NCBI RefSeq assembly: GCF_009914755.1
Contig: NC_060932.1
Reading direction: 5' to 3' (one strand)
DNA: 64,000 bases
From: the human T2T-CHM13v2.0 reference genome, Homo sapiens
This document shows, in pieces, positions 1 through 13,800 of the stretch (position 1 is its first letter; each line of letters opens with the position of its first letter). The notes beneath the pieces are model-generated. The model had not been told where the DNA came from. It ran no database searches and saw only the letters and a program-made list of their open reading frames with translations. Both the position numbers and the translations under genes were made by a program.

Positions 1-329
1 ATGGTTATTTTTCTTTTTTTAAATACAATGTGAAATGTTTTCCCCAAACCAAATCGCTTATGAAAGTTCGTTGTATAGAATAGTTAAAAGCAAAGTTGCT
101 GTAGTTACAGTGGGCGTGAACATCTTGACCCTTTGGAAAACTATAGGATCTGAGCAGTTTGTTTTGAAAAACAAGGAAAATAGACGGTTAAAGGAGGATG
201 CCTTGAGCCAATGGTGTTCTCAGCTCACCACAGGGCGATGGCAACCTCTAGATGTGAGAAAGATAACATGTGGTTATGTTCAGTTGTGTTTATTGAATGC
301 TTGCCTGCTATATAAATGCTGAAAGTAAG

Positions 330-460
330 TGTTCTCCCACTGCAGTGAGGTGGAAGGATTGGTATCTGTTTTGTACATGTAGCCACAGCATTTAGAATTG
401 TGCCTGGCATGTAGAAAGTGTTTAGTAAATATTTGTTGAGTGAGTGAAAGTTACATGAAT
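330..460 (+). mobile_element. L2 3'-end fragment
   Basis: gtgcctggcatgtag..agtaaatatttgttgagtgagtgaa resembles the L2 terminus. Confidence 0.6.
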
Positions 461-1639
461 AAATAGGTTTAAGGACATTTTAAGACATGGTTGTTTTTTT
501 TCACTGTTACTTATAGCATTGTAGGTCATGGCTGGGACTAGTACATTTTTTTTCTAGAAATCTTAACTTACATATTCACATATTGATCAGTCTTAGAATA
601 GTGATTCTTTGTTTCAGTGCATTTACCTTTTCTATGTTTGTTCATGTTTATTCATTTGTTGACCATTCAACAAGAGTTTGAAAGCTACGTGTATCAAAAT
701 CTATGAAGAACCATGTGGAGATACAAAGATAAGACAAGTGAAAAAGACTAGCACGTGAGCCCTGCCCACAGGGACCTTACATGTGTAGTGAGGAAGGTAA
801 ATCAGATATGTATATCAGTAACATACAAATGCTTTGATGAACATATGTCCAAAATCTTGGTGTCCCAAGATGGTATTATTTGTGACTCTCAAAGAAAACA
901 CAAATGTCCAAAACAAAATACTTCCAAAAGGACTAGCTTTGAGGGTGTTCTTTGAATTAACTGCAACAAATATCTGAGTAGCTGTTTTATTCTTACTCTT
1001 TTCAGGATTATTGTCTAGTGTCACTTTTGTCCTGAAGCCAGAGTTCAAAAAGAACCATTTATGATGCTGTATGAAACTTTAGATACCTGAGTGTCTGGTT
1101 CTCTGGAGAAACAAAAAAATAAGCAGAGTTTTTGGTTAGAAACTTCACAAGTCTCGAGTCTCGGGATGTATGCTGGTGGTAAATGGATAAGTTTCCCAAG
1201 TGGAAAGCTTCTAAAAAGCAGAGTAGAGTATTTTGCAATCTTGTGAATTAGAAGTTACAATTTGGGACCCACTGGACTCTTATTGGAAAACCTTCAGTGG
1301 TTGAGATCAAATGTAGACAGAGCTTTGCCAGGGCCATATCCAGCCATGGCTCAGTACATTCCCCAATTAGATTAGGGTGATAACACATCACTATTAAGGT
1401 TGACAATATCAAGGAAGTTGAACAACTTTAAACCAGCAAACAAAACCAACACAAGAAGAATGAGAAAGTCTTCATACTCCAGTATGGATTGAATCCATTG
1501 CTGAAACAATTGAATCCAACATTGCTAAAACTTTCATTCCATGATGACTAACTCTTCTAAACAATTGAGACGGAATAATACTCATCTTAGGTAAACTTTT
1601 CTGTGAATAAAAAAAGAGGAAGTGCCTCTATTGTCTGAA

Positions 1640-3575
1640 GCAAGACTAACTTTGATTCTAAAATCTGACGGGGACATTTAAAAATAGAAAACTGATAGGC
1701 CAGTCTTTCTCATGGATATAGATGCATTTATTCTAAACAAAAAAATTACAGACAGTAATAAATAAAAATGGTAATACATTGTCAAGTTATTTCACTAATA
1801 CAAGAATGGTTTACCATGTGAAAATTATCAGTGTAATTCTCTGTGCTAATAAACAAAAAAATATGATCATCTTTGATACATGCATATCAGCACTTAATAG
1901 GTTCAGTGTTTATGTGGGAATAAGAGAAAAAACAAAATAGAAGGGAATTTCCTTAATCTGATTAAAAAACATACAGTAAACATCATATTTGGCAACTTCC
2001 TAAAATTCCTGAGATAAGGAATAATACAAGATGCCTGCTCTTGAGTATTTTACTGGGACCCTGAGCATTGCATTAAGACCAAAACAAAAAACCCACACAC
2101 ATCCCGGTAAAAATAAAATTGCCCTCCTTAGCAGATGATTTGATTTTGTACATAGAAAAAAAAATTAGACCTAATTCATAAATTGGGTAAGGTTAATGAA
2201 TACATAGTAAATAATGATGATTCATGTCATAATGCATCATAAAAAAGGAAGTTTTAAAAAAATCTATTGTCATAGCATCACAAAAAGTTTTGAATCAATC
2301 TAATAAAAGATATGCACACTGAAAACTGAAAAATCTATTCAAATAAATTTTTTAAAAACTTAAATGGCAGGTAAACCTGATAATGGATTGGTAGACTCAA
2401 CGTTGTAAAGATACTCGTCTTGATCTTGAGTAGAATTTGTGCAGATTTTTTTCTGTGGAAATTGACAATGAGATTTTAGCAGAGGGTAATGAATAGAATA
2501 GTTGAGACAATATGAAGGAAGAATAATGCTGGAGAACTTACACTTACAGATATCAACATTTATTATAGATCTTTAATATTTATTCATTTCACATAAAGCC
2601 ATCTGGAACAGAATCTATAGTCCAGAAACATACTCACACTTATAAAATCACTTGATTTGTAACGAAAGTGGCCTTGCAGTGCAGTGAGTAAGTATGGCAT
2701 TTTTGATAAATATTGCCGAGCCAACTGGATATCCATATGGGAAAAAGATGAATTTCAACTTTTACCTCCCACCATACACAAGAGGAATCGTGAATCTAAA
2801 AGTAAAATGCGAACATTAGCACTTTTAGAAGAAAGCATGGATATGTATCTCCATAATTGGTGGGTGGGCAAAGATTTCTTAAAACAGAACATAAGAAGTG
2901 GTAACCATAATAGAAGAAATAATTGATAAACTGAACTACATTAAAATTAAGAACTTCTGTTTGTCAAAAACACCATTAATAAAATGAAAAGAAAGACAAG
3001 CCTCATGTTTGGTGAGGACTATTTGCCATGTGTATATTTAACAAAGAACTGGTACCCAGAAATATAAAGAATCTTGACAAAACAAGAATAAGACAGTGAA
3101 ATTTTAAAAGAGGTAAATGACTTGCTGGGTACTTCACAAAAATGTCCAAATTTCAATTAATATATGAAAAGGTATTCAACCTTATTAATCAGGGAAATGC
3201 AAATAAAATGACAGTGTGACACTATCATACCTCTGCCAGAAGATCCAGAATGAACACACAGAGGCTCACAGCTAATACCAATAATTGGTAAAGATGGATA
3301 TCAAGTGGATCTCTCGTGTACTGTTATTTGGAATATAAATTTTGTTCAACCTCCTGAGAAATGTGTTTGGTTTTATCTGCTAAAGCTGAGTATTTACATA
3401 CTCTGTGATACAGAATTTTCAAGAAAATGTTTCTTACCTTGGGCAGGTTATGTAGATTATGATTAGGAAGAGACACAAGAGAGCTCCTGTCTTTCTGTTA
3501 GTGTGTTTTGTGAAAATTAATCTAGCTGTAACTATGAATCATGCCCTTTTTTGTATGAATATAGTTAAATAAAAA
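1640..3575 (+). mobile_element. Old, highly diverged L1M (ORF2 3' half and 3'UTR)
   Basis: Decayed ORF2 motifs (caagaatggtttacc, ctggagaacttacacttacagat, ttaaaattaagaacttctgtttgtcaaaa, cagggaaatgcaaat). ORF 2684-2926 resembles the ORF2 C-terminal region. Confidence 0.8.
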
Positions 3576-4500
3576 TATTTTAGTCAAATTGATTGCAAAA
3601 TTAAAACTTCCAGATTGCTGAAAGTAATGAAATGGTGACATATCAGTTGTTAACAACCAAAAAAGGATGCATCAGTTATGAGAATTTTGATAAACTGAAA
3701 CCTAGGCTATTTTGCATTTTAGAAGTGCATGTTACTCAGTGTTTTGTTGTTTCTTATGAAAAGTGCCAGCGCTATGTGAGTAAATACATTTGCCACTACT
3801 TCAGATGATTCTGTGTATTATTCCAGGTTTGAACCTGGTTTTGTTTTATTAAACCATTTCCTGGAATCTTGATTAATTATGTATTAAGATGATTTTTTAA
3901 ACTGGTGACATACCGTAAATAGTATTGTTGCTGCTATTGCCTCTTTTCCTCCATGTAGAATGTAAGCTTCCTAATGACAGTTTTCTGTCTCATGTTTTTG
4001 TTCATCGCTTTATCCTCAGCTTCTAAATTAGTTCTTAAATATATAGTAAGCTCTTGGTGAATAAACCTTGTATGAATAAATGATACTTTTTTTTATGTCA
4101 GGGGACATGTCACTTATTCAGGATTTCTAGCTGAGGATGGCAAGCCTCTTTATCTTATTCATTCTTACATCTCTAGAGTCCAGTAACATACCTGTTATAC
4201 AATAGTGCCTCCAGTAAGTAATTGTCAAATGAGTAAAATAAACTGGAAAGGTTCCATGGAGAACCATTTATGGGCCATGAGTTAACCCTGTTTTAGAGAT
4301 TGACTGGGTTGACATAGCATGAACAAGATGTGGATGCAGGCATTACCATCATGGATGCAGGGGGAAGCAAGAAGAGTGGCCTGAATGGAGCATGCAGTGC
4401 CAGTTAAGGAGCGGTAGGACATGGAGCTATTTAAGGAGTATGGGAGCAAATTGTGGGGGGATTTGGAATAATAATATTTATTGAGCTTGTGTATTGTGTG

Positions 4501-4745
4501 CAATTTTTAAATGCTCTACATGGATTAACCTACTTAAAACCCCTGCGGTTTAGAAAGATTGATACCAATATTATCCTCATGCTATAGACAGGAAACTGAG
4601 GCCCAAAGCAATGGACTTGCTCAATGTTTAAATGCTCTACATGGATTAACCTACTTAAAACCCTTGCAGTTTAGAAAGATTGCTACCAATATTATCCTCA
4701 TGCTATAGATAGGAAACTGAGGCCCAAAGCAATGGACTTGCTCAA
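4501..4745 (-). repeat. MIR fragment carrying a 121-bp tandem duplication
   Basis: The MIR core (aggaaactgaggcccaaag) occurs twice; units 4501-4621 and 4622-4742 differ at about 5 positions. Confidence 0.9.
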
Positions 4746-5930
4746 GGTTGCACAGGTGCTGAAGATACATCTGCAACTCGAGTATTATAATTTATAAGCC
4801 TCCATTCCCAACTATTATGATAAAATTCTAGGCAAGGTACTTTAAACATACCAGTGGTAGGTCTTAAGAGCACAGAAGGTTCTTGGGTAGATACTCCTGT
4901 TTGTGAATATCTTAGTTGGTTACATATTTTTATAGCCAAAAAAAGTGAGACTTCTTAGATTCTCTCTAATTTCTGGGTTTAGATATCGTTTTTTATTTGC
5001 CCCATCTTCTTCCCTTTTGTATCCTTGTTTTCTCCTTTAAAAAATTGTGCAAACTAGAATATTTAGACTCCCAGTCGTGCATTGCTCGTTCTTGTCTTTG
5101 GTGTTTTTGGTGTTTTTATTGTTATTTTTGGTACAAATGCCTATCAGAGCCAGGAAGCTGAAGTAAGGAGTGATTGGGCAAGTTATAGGATAGCAGGAAG
5201 TACAGGTACTGTTTTAACCTAGAGAACACATTTAGTCTAAAGGAGTCCCAGTTCATTAACTTTAAAATATTTTGTGATTTAAACAAAACATGCTGACACC
5301 TCAGTTATACTGATTGAACTGTGACTTCTGGTTTATGCATTCTCTCCCCACCCTCTCTGCAATACCTTGGATCTTCAATATTAGTTTTCCAACTACAGCT
5401 TTGTCTGATATATTCAGCAGGTATATAATCTTTGCGAGTTATTCCTGGCTATGTCTTTTTGTGATTTCTTCCATCTCTAAACATCTTCTGAATTTACTGT
5501 GTCGTAAACTTTGCTGAAAGTATTTAGGTACTTACGGAGATTTAAGTACCGTAATCCAAGAATGTAGGGTTTTGGTTATCCAAACTAATAGAAGAATGAT
5601 GTTTAGAGGATATAGAAGATGATTATCATGTCCTTTAAAATATCACTAGAACATCAAGTGTCTCATCTGTGCTTCTGACTGGCTCAGGTGAGCACATAGT
5701 ATCAGATTGCCTGTCACCAGGCCAGATGCTTTACATATGTTATCCGATGTAATTATTAACATATATCTTTAACAGAGCTGGCATACCAATTTTATAGATA
5801 CGGAATCTGAGATGCAGGGAGAATAAGTAACTTACTCAAAGTCCCATAGTTAATAAGTGAAATTTTTTAAAATGTGTGAGCTGATACATGATTTTTAAAA
5901 GATACTTTCATGATGACCATTGTCTTTTAG

Positions 5931-6116
<186 letters not shown>

Positions 6117-7179
6117 TAATCCAGCTTAATTTAGGAATAAGAAATTATGTTTAGTATTTAGTAGGAAAAGATTCTGTTTGTCAGTCAAAATATATATTCT
6201 TTCTCATTTACTACCTGTGTCACCTATATACACATGTGCATACACACACACACACAATATTACTTTTGTTAGGATGAGGGCTGCTTTAGTGTTGATTTAA
6301 AAAATTAATATCTACCATATCAAATATACATGCATTCACTATTTTTTCAAGTTTATCTGCTGCTATGGCGATAACATGTAACCCCACTAGAGGAAATCGG
6401 AATAGTTTATAGCCAATGTCCCTCCCATCCATGGTAAATTTAATTTTCTTCAGAAGGGATTAAGACATTATTAAGAACCCGGGTGGTCATTGTATTAGAA
6501 TGTTAGGAACTCTTTGCCACAGAATTAAAAGTGAAATTGATATGTTGTTACATTAGTAGCAGAGTTTACGTTAGTAACTGCCACCGAATTCACATAACTG
6601 AGTTTGTTGCCTTCTCTTTACGTTTGGTGAATAGGAAATACTGTGATAAATCAACATAGAAACATACTGTCTTTGAGACAGTATTAGGATAGTGAAGATG
6701 AACAGTTTTTCGTTTTTTCTCTAACCTTTTCTGCTTTTTCTTTTGGAAAAGATACGTATTTTGAGAATAATATAATGGCATGGCTTCTTGTACCCATCAC
6801 TAGACTTTTTCAGCTCTCATCTCATAACTATTCTTGTTTCATCTTTCTTTCTGTCCACCTGCTAATAATAAAATAATTATTATTACTATATAATAATCAA
6901 TTTGGGCCCATATTTTTGGGAACATTTTCAGATTTCTGTAGTGGAAGACAAGGATATGGAGTTAAAGCTAGCCTCTTTGAATAATTGGTTGCCATAATAA
7001 GTTAGACATAGTTTTTGCTATATTTATATGTTTTTAAAATCTGGCATTATTTAGAAGAGTAATTTCAGAAAGTCTTCAATATTCAAAATTCAGTTATACA
7101 AAGAAAAATAATTGGAAGCAATTTTAGAGCAATAAATTATTCCCTTACCTTTAATTTTTCACACAAATGCTGGCTTCCC

Positions 7180-7445
7180 AACAAGATCCTTCCTGACGAC
7201 ACTATTTAAAGTTAGCCCTTTCCTCTCTTCCTCCTCCCTGGTCCCTATACTCTGTCTCCCTCTCCTGTTTTATTTTTTCTCCACAGTACTTGTCACCTTA
7301 CAGTATGCTACATAATTTATCGAATGTGTTATTTTGTCCGTTTGCCTTTTGCCATGACCCTAGTAATAGATAAGCTTCTGAAAGAATGGATTTTATCAGG
7401 TTTTGTCACTGATACATTTCTGTTACATAAAGAAGGGCCTGATGC
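7180..7445 (+). mobile_element. L2 fragment
   Basis: cctgacgacactatttaaa..ctgttttattttttctccacagtacttgtcacc resembles the L2a 3' region. Confidence 0.55.
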
Positions 7446-7679
7446 AAAGATCTGATCGCTGTCGTGTTAATGACACTTAACGTTGTAAATTTAGGAAATC
7501 TTATAAATTTTTGTTACTGCCTTTTAGTATTCTTCTAAGAGTATTCTTTAGGTATAAAACATATTAAGGCATTGCTTTTCATTATTGTTTATGGTTTGTT
7601 AAAGTATACGAAAAGTTATTCAACATTCTTATGAAATGTTTTAACATATTGTATTCTTTTTTTTTGGGAGGGTTTCAGA

Positions 7680-8826
7680 CTTTTTTTTTTCTTTGGTTGT
7701 TAGAACTTTTATTTTAGGTTAGGGGATACCTGTGCAGGTTAGTTACATTGGTACATTGCATAATACTAAGGATTGGGGTATGAATGATCTTGTCACCGAA
7801 GTACTGAGTATAGTACCAAATAGGTAGTTTTTCAGCCCCTTCCTCCTCTACCCTCTAATAGGCTGCAGTGTCTGCTCCCATCTTTGTGTCCATGTTTATC
7901 CAATGTTTAGCTCCTACTTATAAGAACGTGCAGTACTTGATTTTCTTTTTCTGTTAATTTGCTTAGGATAATGGCCTCCAGCTGCATCCATATTGCTGCA
8001 AAGGACATGAGTTCATTCTTTTTTATGGCTGTATAGTATTCCCTGTTGTATATGTACCACATTTTCTTTATCCACACTGTGGATGGACACCTCAGTTGCT
8101 TCCATATCTTTGGTATTGAGAATAATGCTGCAATGAACATACAAGTGTATGTGTCTTTTTTGTAGAACAATTTATTTTCCTTTGGGTATATACCAGCAAT
8201 GGATCGCTGGGTCGAACGGTAGTTCTATCTTAAGTTCTTTGAGACATCTCCATGTAGTTTTCCATTATAATTGTACTAATTTACATTCCCACCAGCAGTG
8301 TATGTGTTCCGTTTTCTACACAGCCTTGCCAGCATCTATTATGTTTTGACTTTTAAAAAACAGCCATTCTGACTGGTGTGAAATGATATCTCATTGTGAT
8401 TTTAATTTGCATTTCTCTGATGATTAGAAATTAAATGTATGTAATTAAATTATTAGAAATTAAATGTATGATGTGTGGAGCATCTTTGCATATATTTGTT
8501 GCCCGCTTATCTGTCTTCTTTTCAGAAGTGTCTGTTCATGTCTTTGCCTGCTTTTTAATGGGGTTATTTATTTTCTGATTGTTGATTTAAGTTGCTTATA
8601 GATTCTGGATATTAGACCTTTGTCAGGTACATAGTTTGTAAATGTTTTCTCCTATTCTGTAGGGTGTCTTTTTAGTCTGTTGATAGTTTCTTTTGCTGTG
8701 CGAAAGCCTTTTAGTTTAATTAGGTCCCACTTGACTATTTTTTATTTTGTTTAGATTGCTTTTGAGGTCTTATCCATAAATGCTTTGCCAAGGCCAGTGT
8801 CCAGAATGGTATTTCCTGGGTTGTTC
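7680..8826 (-). mobile_element. 5'-truncated primate L1 (old L1PA/L1PB type), ~1.1 kb
   Basis: Poly(T) followed by aacttttattttaggtt. ORF 7907-8170 ([32 protein letters not shown]) is the L1 ORF2 C-terminus/3' end. Confidence 0.9.
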
Positions 8827-9031
8827 CAGGGGACATTTTCCAGCGGACATTTGGTAGTGTCTGGATACATTTTAGATTGTCTCAACTTTCAGGGCAACTA
8901 CCGACTACTGGCAGTTAGTGGTAGAGGCCAGGAATGCTGCTAAACACCTAAAATACAAAGGACAGCCTCCTATACCCAATTAAGAAAATCATCCAGCTCC
9001 AAATATCAGAGTATTGAAAGTGAGAAGCCTA
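8826..9031 (+). mobile_element. MER20 (hAT-Charlie DNA transposon relic)
   Basis: ggacatttggtagtgtctggatacatttt..tagtggtagaggccaggaatgctgctaaacacc..ggacagcctcc..gtgagaagcctag follows the MER20 consensus. Confidence 0.8.
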
Positions 9032-9255
9032 GAGAAACTTAGATGTAATTTTGACTTCCTGCATATTTTGCAGCTAAGAAAACTAATCCATCTAGCATAT
9101 AACCCCAAAGAAGGATTTTCTTTTTCTGCAAAAAGGAGAAAATTTGAAAAACTGAAATAGCTAGAGCTTAGGATCATGGTGACCTACATTTAATGTTTAG
9201 GATGGTTGTATATATTGAAAGTCATCAGTAAATATGATTGGTTTGTAAATGTTTA

Positions 9256-9541
9256 TTTTTTTAATTTTTTAAAATTTTATTTTATAGAGTTAGGGTCTCA
9301 CTCTGTCACCTTGGTGCAGTGGTACGATCATAGCTCACCGCAGCCTTGAACTCCTGGCTCAAGTGATCCTCCTGCCTCAGTGCCCTAAGTACCTCGGACA
9401 CTGTGCCTGGCCTTTGTTTTTCCCCAAGAAATAGGGTCTCACTGTGTTGTCCAGGGTGGTCTTGAACTCCTGGACTCAAGCAGTTCTCCTGCATTGGCCT
9501 CCCTGAGTTCTCGGATTACAGGCCTGAGCCACTGTGCCCAT
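9256..9541 (-). mobile_element. AluJ-like element with internal deletion
   Basis: agggtctcactctgtcacc..gatcatagctcaccgcagccttgaactcctggctcaagtgatcc..ggattacaggcctgagccactgtgccc. Confidence 0.85.
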
Positions 9542-10164
9542 CTGTAAATGGGTTTTCTTTTACTATGCGTTAGTAAATATGATTTAATCTGTGACATTTT
9601 ATATGCTTACAAAGAGATTTTGATAAGAGAAAGTAAAGACTCTGGCTCACAGAGACATTTTTATGCCTTTGTCCTGAAGTGTGCAGGCAAAGAGAAACAG
9701 AAAGAAAACAGAGCAGGGTTCTTTTCCAAACTCTGACTCTTACCAGGTCTGTCTTTTTTGGGGAAGTTACTTATTCTCTCTGTTCTTCTTCTGTAAAATG
9801 AGTTGAATTCTGCTTTTCTTAGTTTGTAGTTTTTGGTAGATAAAATCTGATAATAAATACAGGGCTGAGAATGGCTCTGTCCATGCCCATATCAGCACAA
9901 AACTGGTAGATAGCAGTGCCATAAGGCAAAGAGGGAAGGTGGTGTCAGACAGAGCCAGGTCCTATGACACATAGCTACCAGGGCCAAGCCAGCAGTAGGC
10001 TTAGTGCAGGGGCAGGAAAGGTGGGGAGTAGTAAGATAGGCAGATGCTGGAGGCACTAAGAAGGGTGCCATGGGTGGGAGGAACAGAAAGAGAAAGACAG
10101 AGACATCCACTGGTTGGAGAGGCCTCGTCTGCATAAGCACTTTTAAAAGTTGAAAACACACGTG

Positions 10165-10590
10165 TCTTATTTTGAAGTCCTTTCAGAACAGATCCAAAGA
10201 CAGTGATTTAAGTGAAAGAAGTTCATATTGGAGGTTAAGGAAACATGGGAGAAGAGAGGGAAACTGAGTCTAGGAAGGAAAGCAGTCAAAAAACATGTTT
10301 ATCCAGTCAGTATTGTGAGCCACTGAACCTTATTTCTGCTATGAGATCTCTGGGAGCCTGTGTAGGGCATGTATGTCAACTTTCCTACTACAGTGGTAAG
10401 GGAGCTGAGGTATATATACGCCAGATCTCATCAGCCATTTGCTGAGTGCTGTTCTCTTGGCAAAGTTATTACTTCTCCAGCACTGGTGGACTTTGTCTGT
10501 CAAAGAAAGCCATCTAGTCAAAGAAATGCAGGTGCTGGTGGTGGAAGTCAGGCTGGAACACACTAAGGCATTAAGGGCAAAGAAATATGG
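10165..10590. mobile_element. Old MLT1-like (ERVL-MaLR) LTR remnant
   Basis: cagaacagatccaaagacagtgatttaagtgaaagaagttcatattggagg resembles old MLT1 LTR termini; subfamily uncertain. Confidence 0.45.
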
Positions 10591-10894
10591 GTAGTATACT
10601 ACTCATAGACTGTATTTACTACAATTTATATCAGTTTATTTTTTTTTAGTAGATTCCAAAGGAGAGGAAAAAAATAATGAAAAAACCACATTGGGTATTG
10701 GTTTTATTTCGAGATATGCCCTGGAAAAAAAGCAACAAATAAAAGTCTCATCAATTAAATATAGTTTTATTTTTAAGCCAATATCATATGTCTTGTAAAC
10801 AATCCTTCAGAATAAAGTAGAAAAATGTATGCATATTTAAGAACATCTATCTCTATAGGAAATTTTGTCTTTATTTCACATTTTAACAAGTCTT

Positions 10895-13800
10895 TTTAAA
10901 AATTTTAAATTGATGGAGTACATGTGCAGGTTGTTACAAGAGTATATTGTGTGATGCTGAGGACTGGGCATTACTGAGGCCATCACACAGATAGGAATTT
11001 TTTCAGTTTTTGGCCTCCTTCCCTCACTCCCTCTTTTTGGAGTCCCTAGCATCTGTTGTTCTAATGTATATGTTCGTATGCACCCAAGGTTTAGCTCCCA
11101 CTTGTGAGAACATAAAATATTTGGTTTTCTGTTTCTGTGTGAATTTGCACCTCTAGCTGCATTCATGTTGATTTGGAGGACATGATTTTATTGTGCTGCA
11201 TAGTATTCCTTGGTGTATATGTACCGTATTTTCTTTATTTAATTCACCGTGGATGAGCACCTAGGTTGATTTAATGTCTTTGCTATTGTGAATAACGCTA
11301 CAGTGAACATACAAGTACATGTGTCTTTTTGGTAGAACTGTTTATTTTCTTTTATGTATATACCCAGTAACGAGATTGCTAGGTAGAATGGCAGTTCTAA
11401 TTTTAGTTCCTTGAAAAATCTCCAAAGTACTTTCCACAGTGGCTGAACTAATTTACATTCCCAGCAGTGGTGTATAAGCATTCCCTTTTCTCCACAGCCT
11501 TGGAAGCATCTTTTTTTTTTGACTTTTCTGTAATAGCCATTCTGACTTGTGGGAAATGGTGTCTCATTGTAGTTTTGATTGGCGTTTCTCTGATGATTAG
11601 TGTTGATGAGCATTTTTTCATGTTTATTGACCACTTGCATGTTTTCTTTTGACACGTATCAGTTCATATCCTTTGCCCACTTTTTAATGGGGTTATTTTT
11701 TGCTTAAGTTTTTTAAGTTCCTTATAGATTCTGGATATTAGTCGTTTATCAGATACATAGTTTGTATTTTCTCCTGTTGTGTAGGTTGTCAATTTACTCA
11801 ATTGATAGTTCCTTTTGCTGTGTAGAAGCTCTTCAGTATAATTAGGTTCCACTTGTCAATTTTTGTTTTATTTGCAGTTGCTTTTGAAGACTTAGTCATA
11901 AAATGTTTGCCTATGCCAGTGTCCAAAAGGATATTTCTTAGGTTTTCATCTAGGGTTTTTATAGTTTTAGGTATTTTTAAGTCTTTAATCCATCTTGAGT
12001 TAATTTTGTATATATGGAAAGCTAGGGATCGAGTTTCATTCTTTTGCATATGGCTAGCCAGTTACTCCAGCACCATTTATTGAATAGGTGTTTATTCCCC
12101 ATTGTTTGTGTAGACTTTGTCAAAGATCAGGTGGTTGTAGATGTGTAACTTTACTTCTGGGTCGTCTATTGTGTTCCATTGGTCTGCATGTCTATTTTTG
12201 TACCAATACCATGCTGTTTTGGTTACTGTTGCTTTGTAGTATAGTTTGATGTTGGGTAATATCCCTCCAGCTTTGTTATTTTTGCTTAGGATTACCTTGG
12301 CTATTTGTTCTCTGTTTGGGTTCCATATGAATTTTAGAATAGCTTTTTTTTTTCTAGTTCTGTGAAAAATCATGATAAATTGAGAGGAATAGTACTGAAC
12401 CCGTAGATTGCTTTGGGCAGAATGGCGATTTTAATGATAGTGAGCCTTCCAATCCATGAGCATGGGTTGGTTTTCCATTTATTTGTGTCATCTATGATTT
12501 ATTTCAGCAGTGTTTTGTAGTTGTCCTTATAGAGATCTTTCACCTCTTTGGTTACATGTGTGCCTAGGTAATTTGTGTGTGTATGTGTGTGTGTATGTTT
12601 GTGGCAGTTGTGAATAAGAATGTGTTCTTGATTTGGTTCTTGCCTTGAACGTTATTGGTGTTTTAGAAATGCTACTAATTTTCATAGATTGATTCCTGAA
12701 ACTTTACTGAAATCGTTTATAAAGCCTTTTGGTAGAGTATTTAGGGTTTTCTAGATACAGAATCATATAGTCTGCAAAGAGAGATACTTTGACTTATTCT
12801 TTTCCTATTTGGATGTCTTCTGTTTCTTTTTCTTGCCTTGTTGCTCTCATGAAGACTTCCAGTACTATGCTGAATAGTAGTAGAGAGTGGACATCCTTGT
12901 CTTGTTCCAGTTCTCAGGGAGAATGGTTCCAGCTTTTGCCTCCTGTTGAGTATGATGTTGCCTGTGGGTTTGTCATAGATGACTCTTACTATTTTGAAGT
13001 ATATTCCTTTGATGTGTTTGAGGATTTTTATCATGAACAGATGCTGGACATTATTGAAAGCTTTTTCTGTGCCTATTGTGATGATATGGTTTTGTTTTTA
13101 ATTATGTTTATGTGGTGTATTACATTTATTGATTTGTGTATGTTGAACCAACTTGGCATCCCAGAAATGAAACCTCCTTGATTATAGTGAATTAAACCTT
13201 TGAATGTGCTGTTGGATTCAATTTGCTATAATAATATTTTGTTGAGGATTTTTACATCTATGTTCCTTAGTGATATTGGTGTGTAAATTTTTGTTGTTGT
13301 GTCTTTGCCAGGTTTTGATATCGGTGCTGCTGGCTACATAGAACGTGTTAGGGAGGATTCCTTCATCCTTGATTTTTTTTTTTTTTTGGAATAGTTTCAG
13401 TAAAATTGATGTCAGCTCTTCTTTATTATCCATCTTGAATTCATCTGAGGATTCCGTCCTCCTTTTTTTTTTGGAATAGTTTCAGTAGGATTGGTACCAG
13501 TTCTTCTTTATATATTTTATGGAATTCATCTGAATACATCTGGTCCAGGGCTTTTTTTGGTTAGTAGGTTTTTTATTACTGATTCAATTTCAGAAGTCAG
13601 TATTTGTCTGTTCAGGGTTTCAGTTTCTTCCTGATTCAGTCTTGGAAGAGTGTATGTTTCCAGGAATTCATCCATTTACTCTAGATTTTCTAGTTTTTGT
13701 GCAACAAGGTATTAATATAGTGCCGAGTATCTTTTTTATTTCTGTGGCATCAGTTGTAATGTCACCTTTGTCATTTCCGATTGTGCTTATTTGGATCTTT

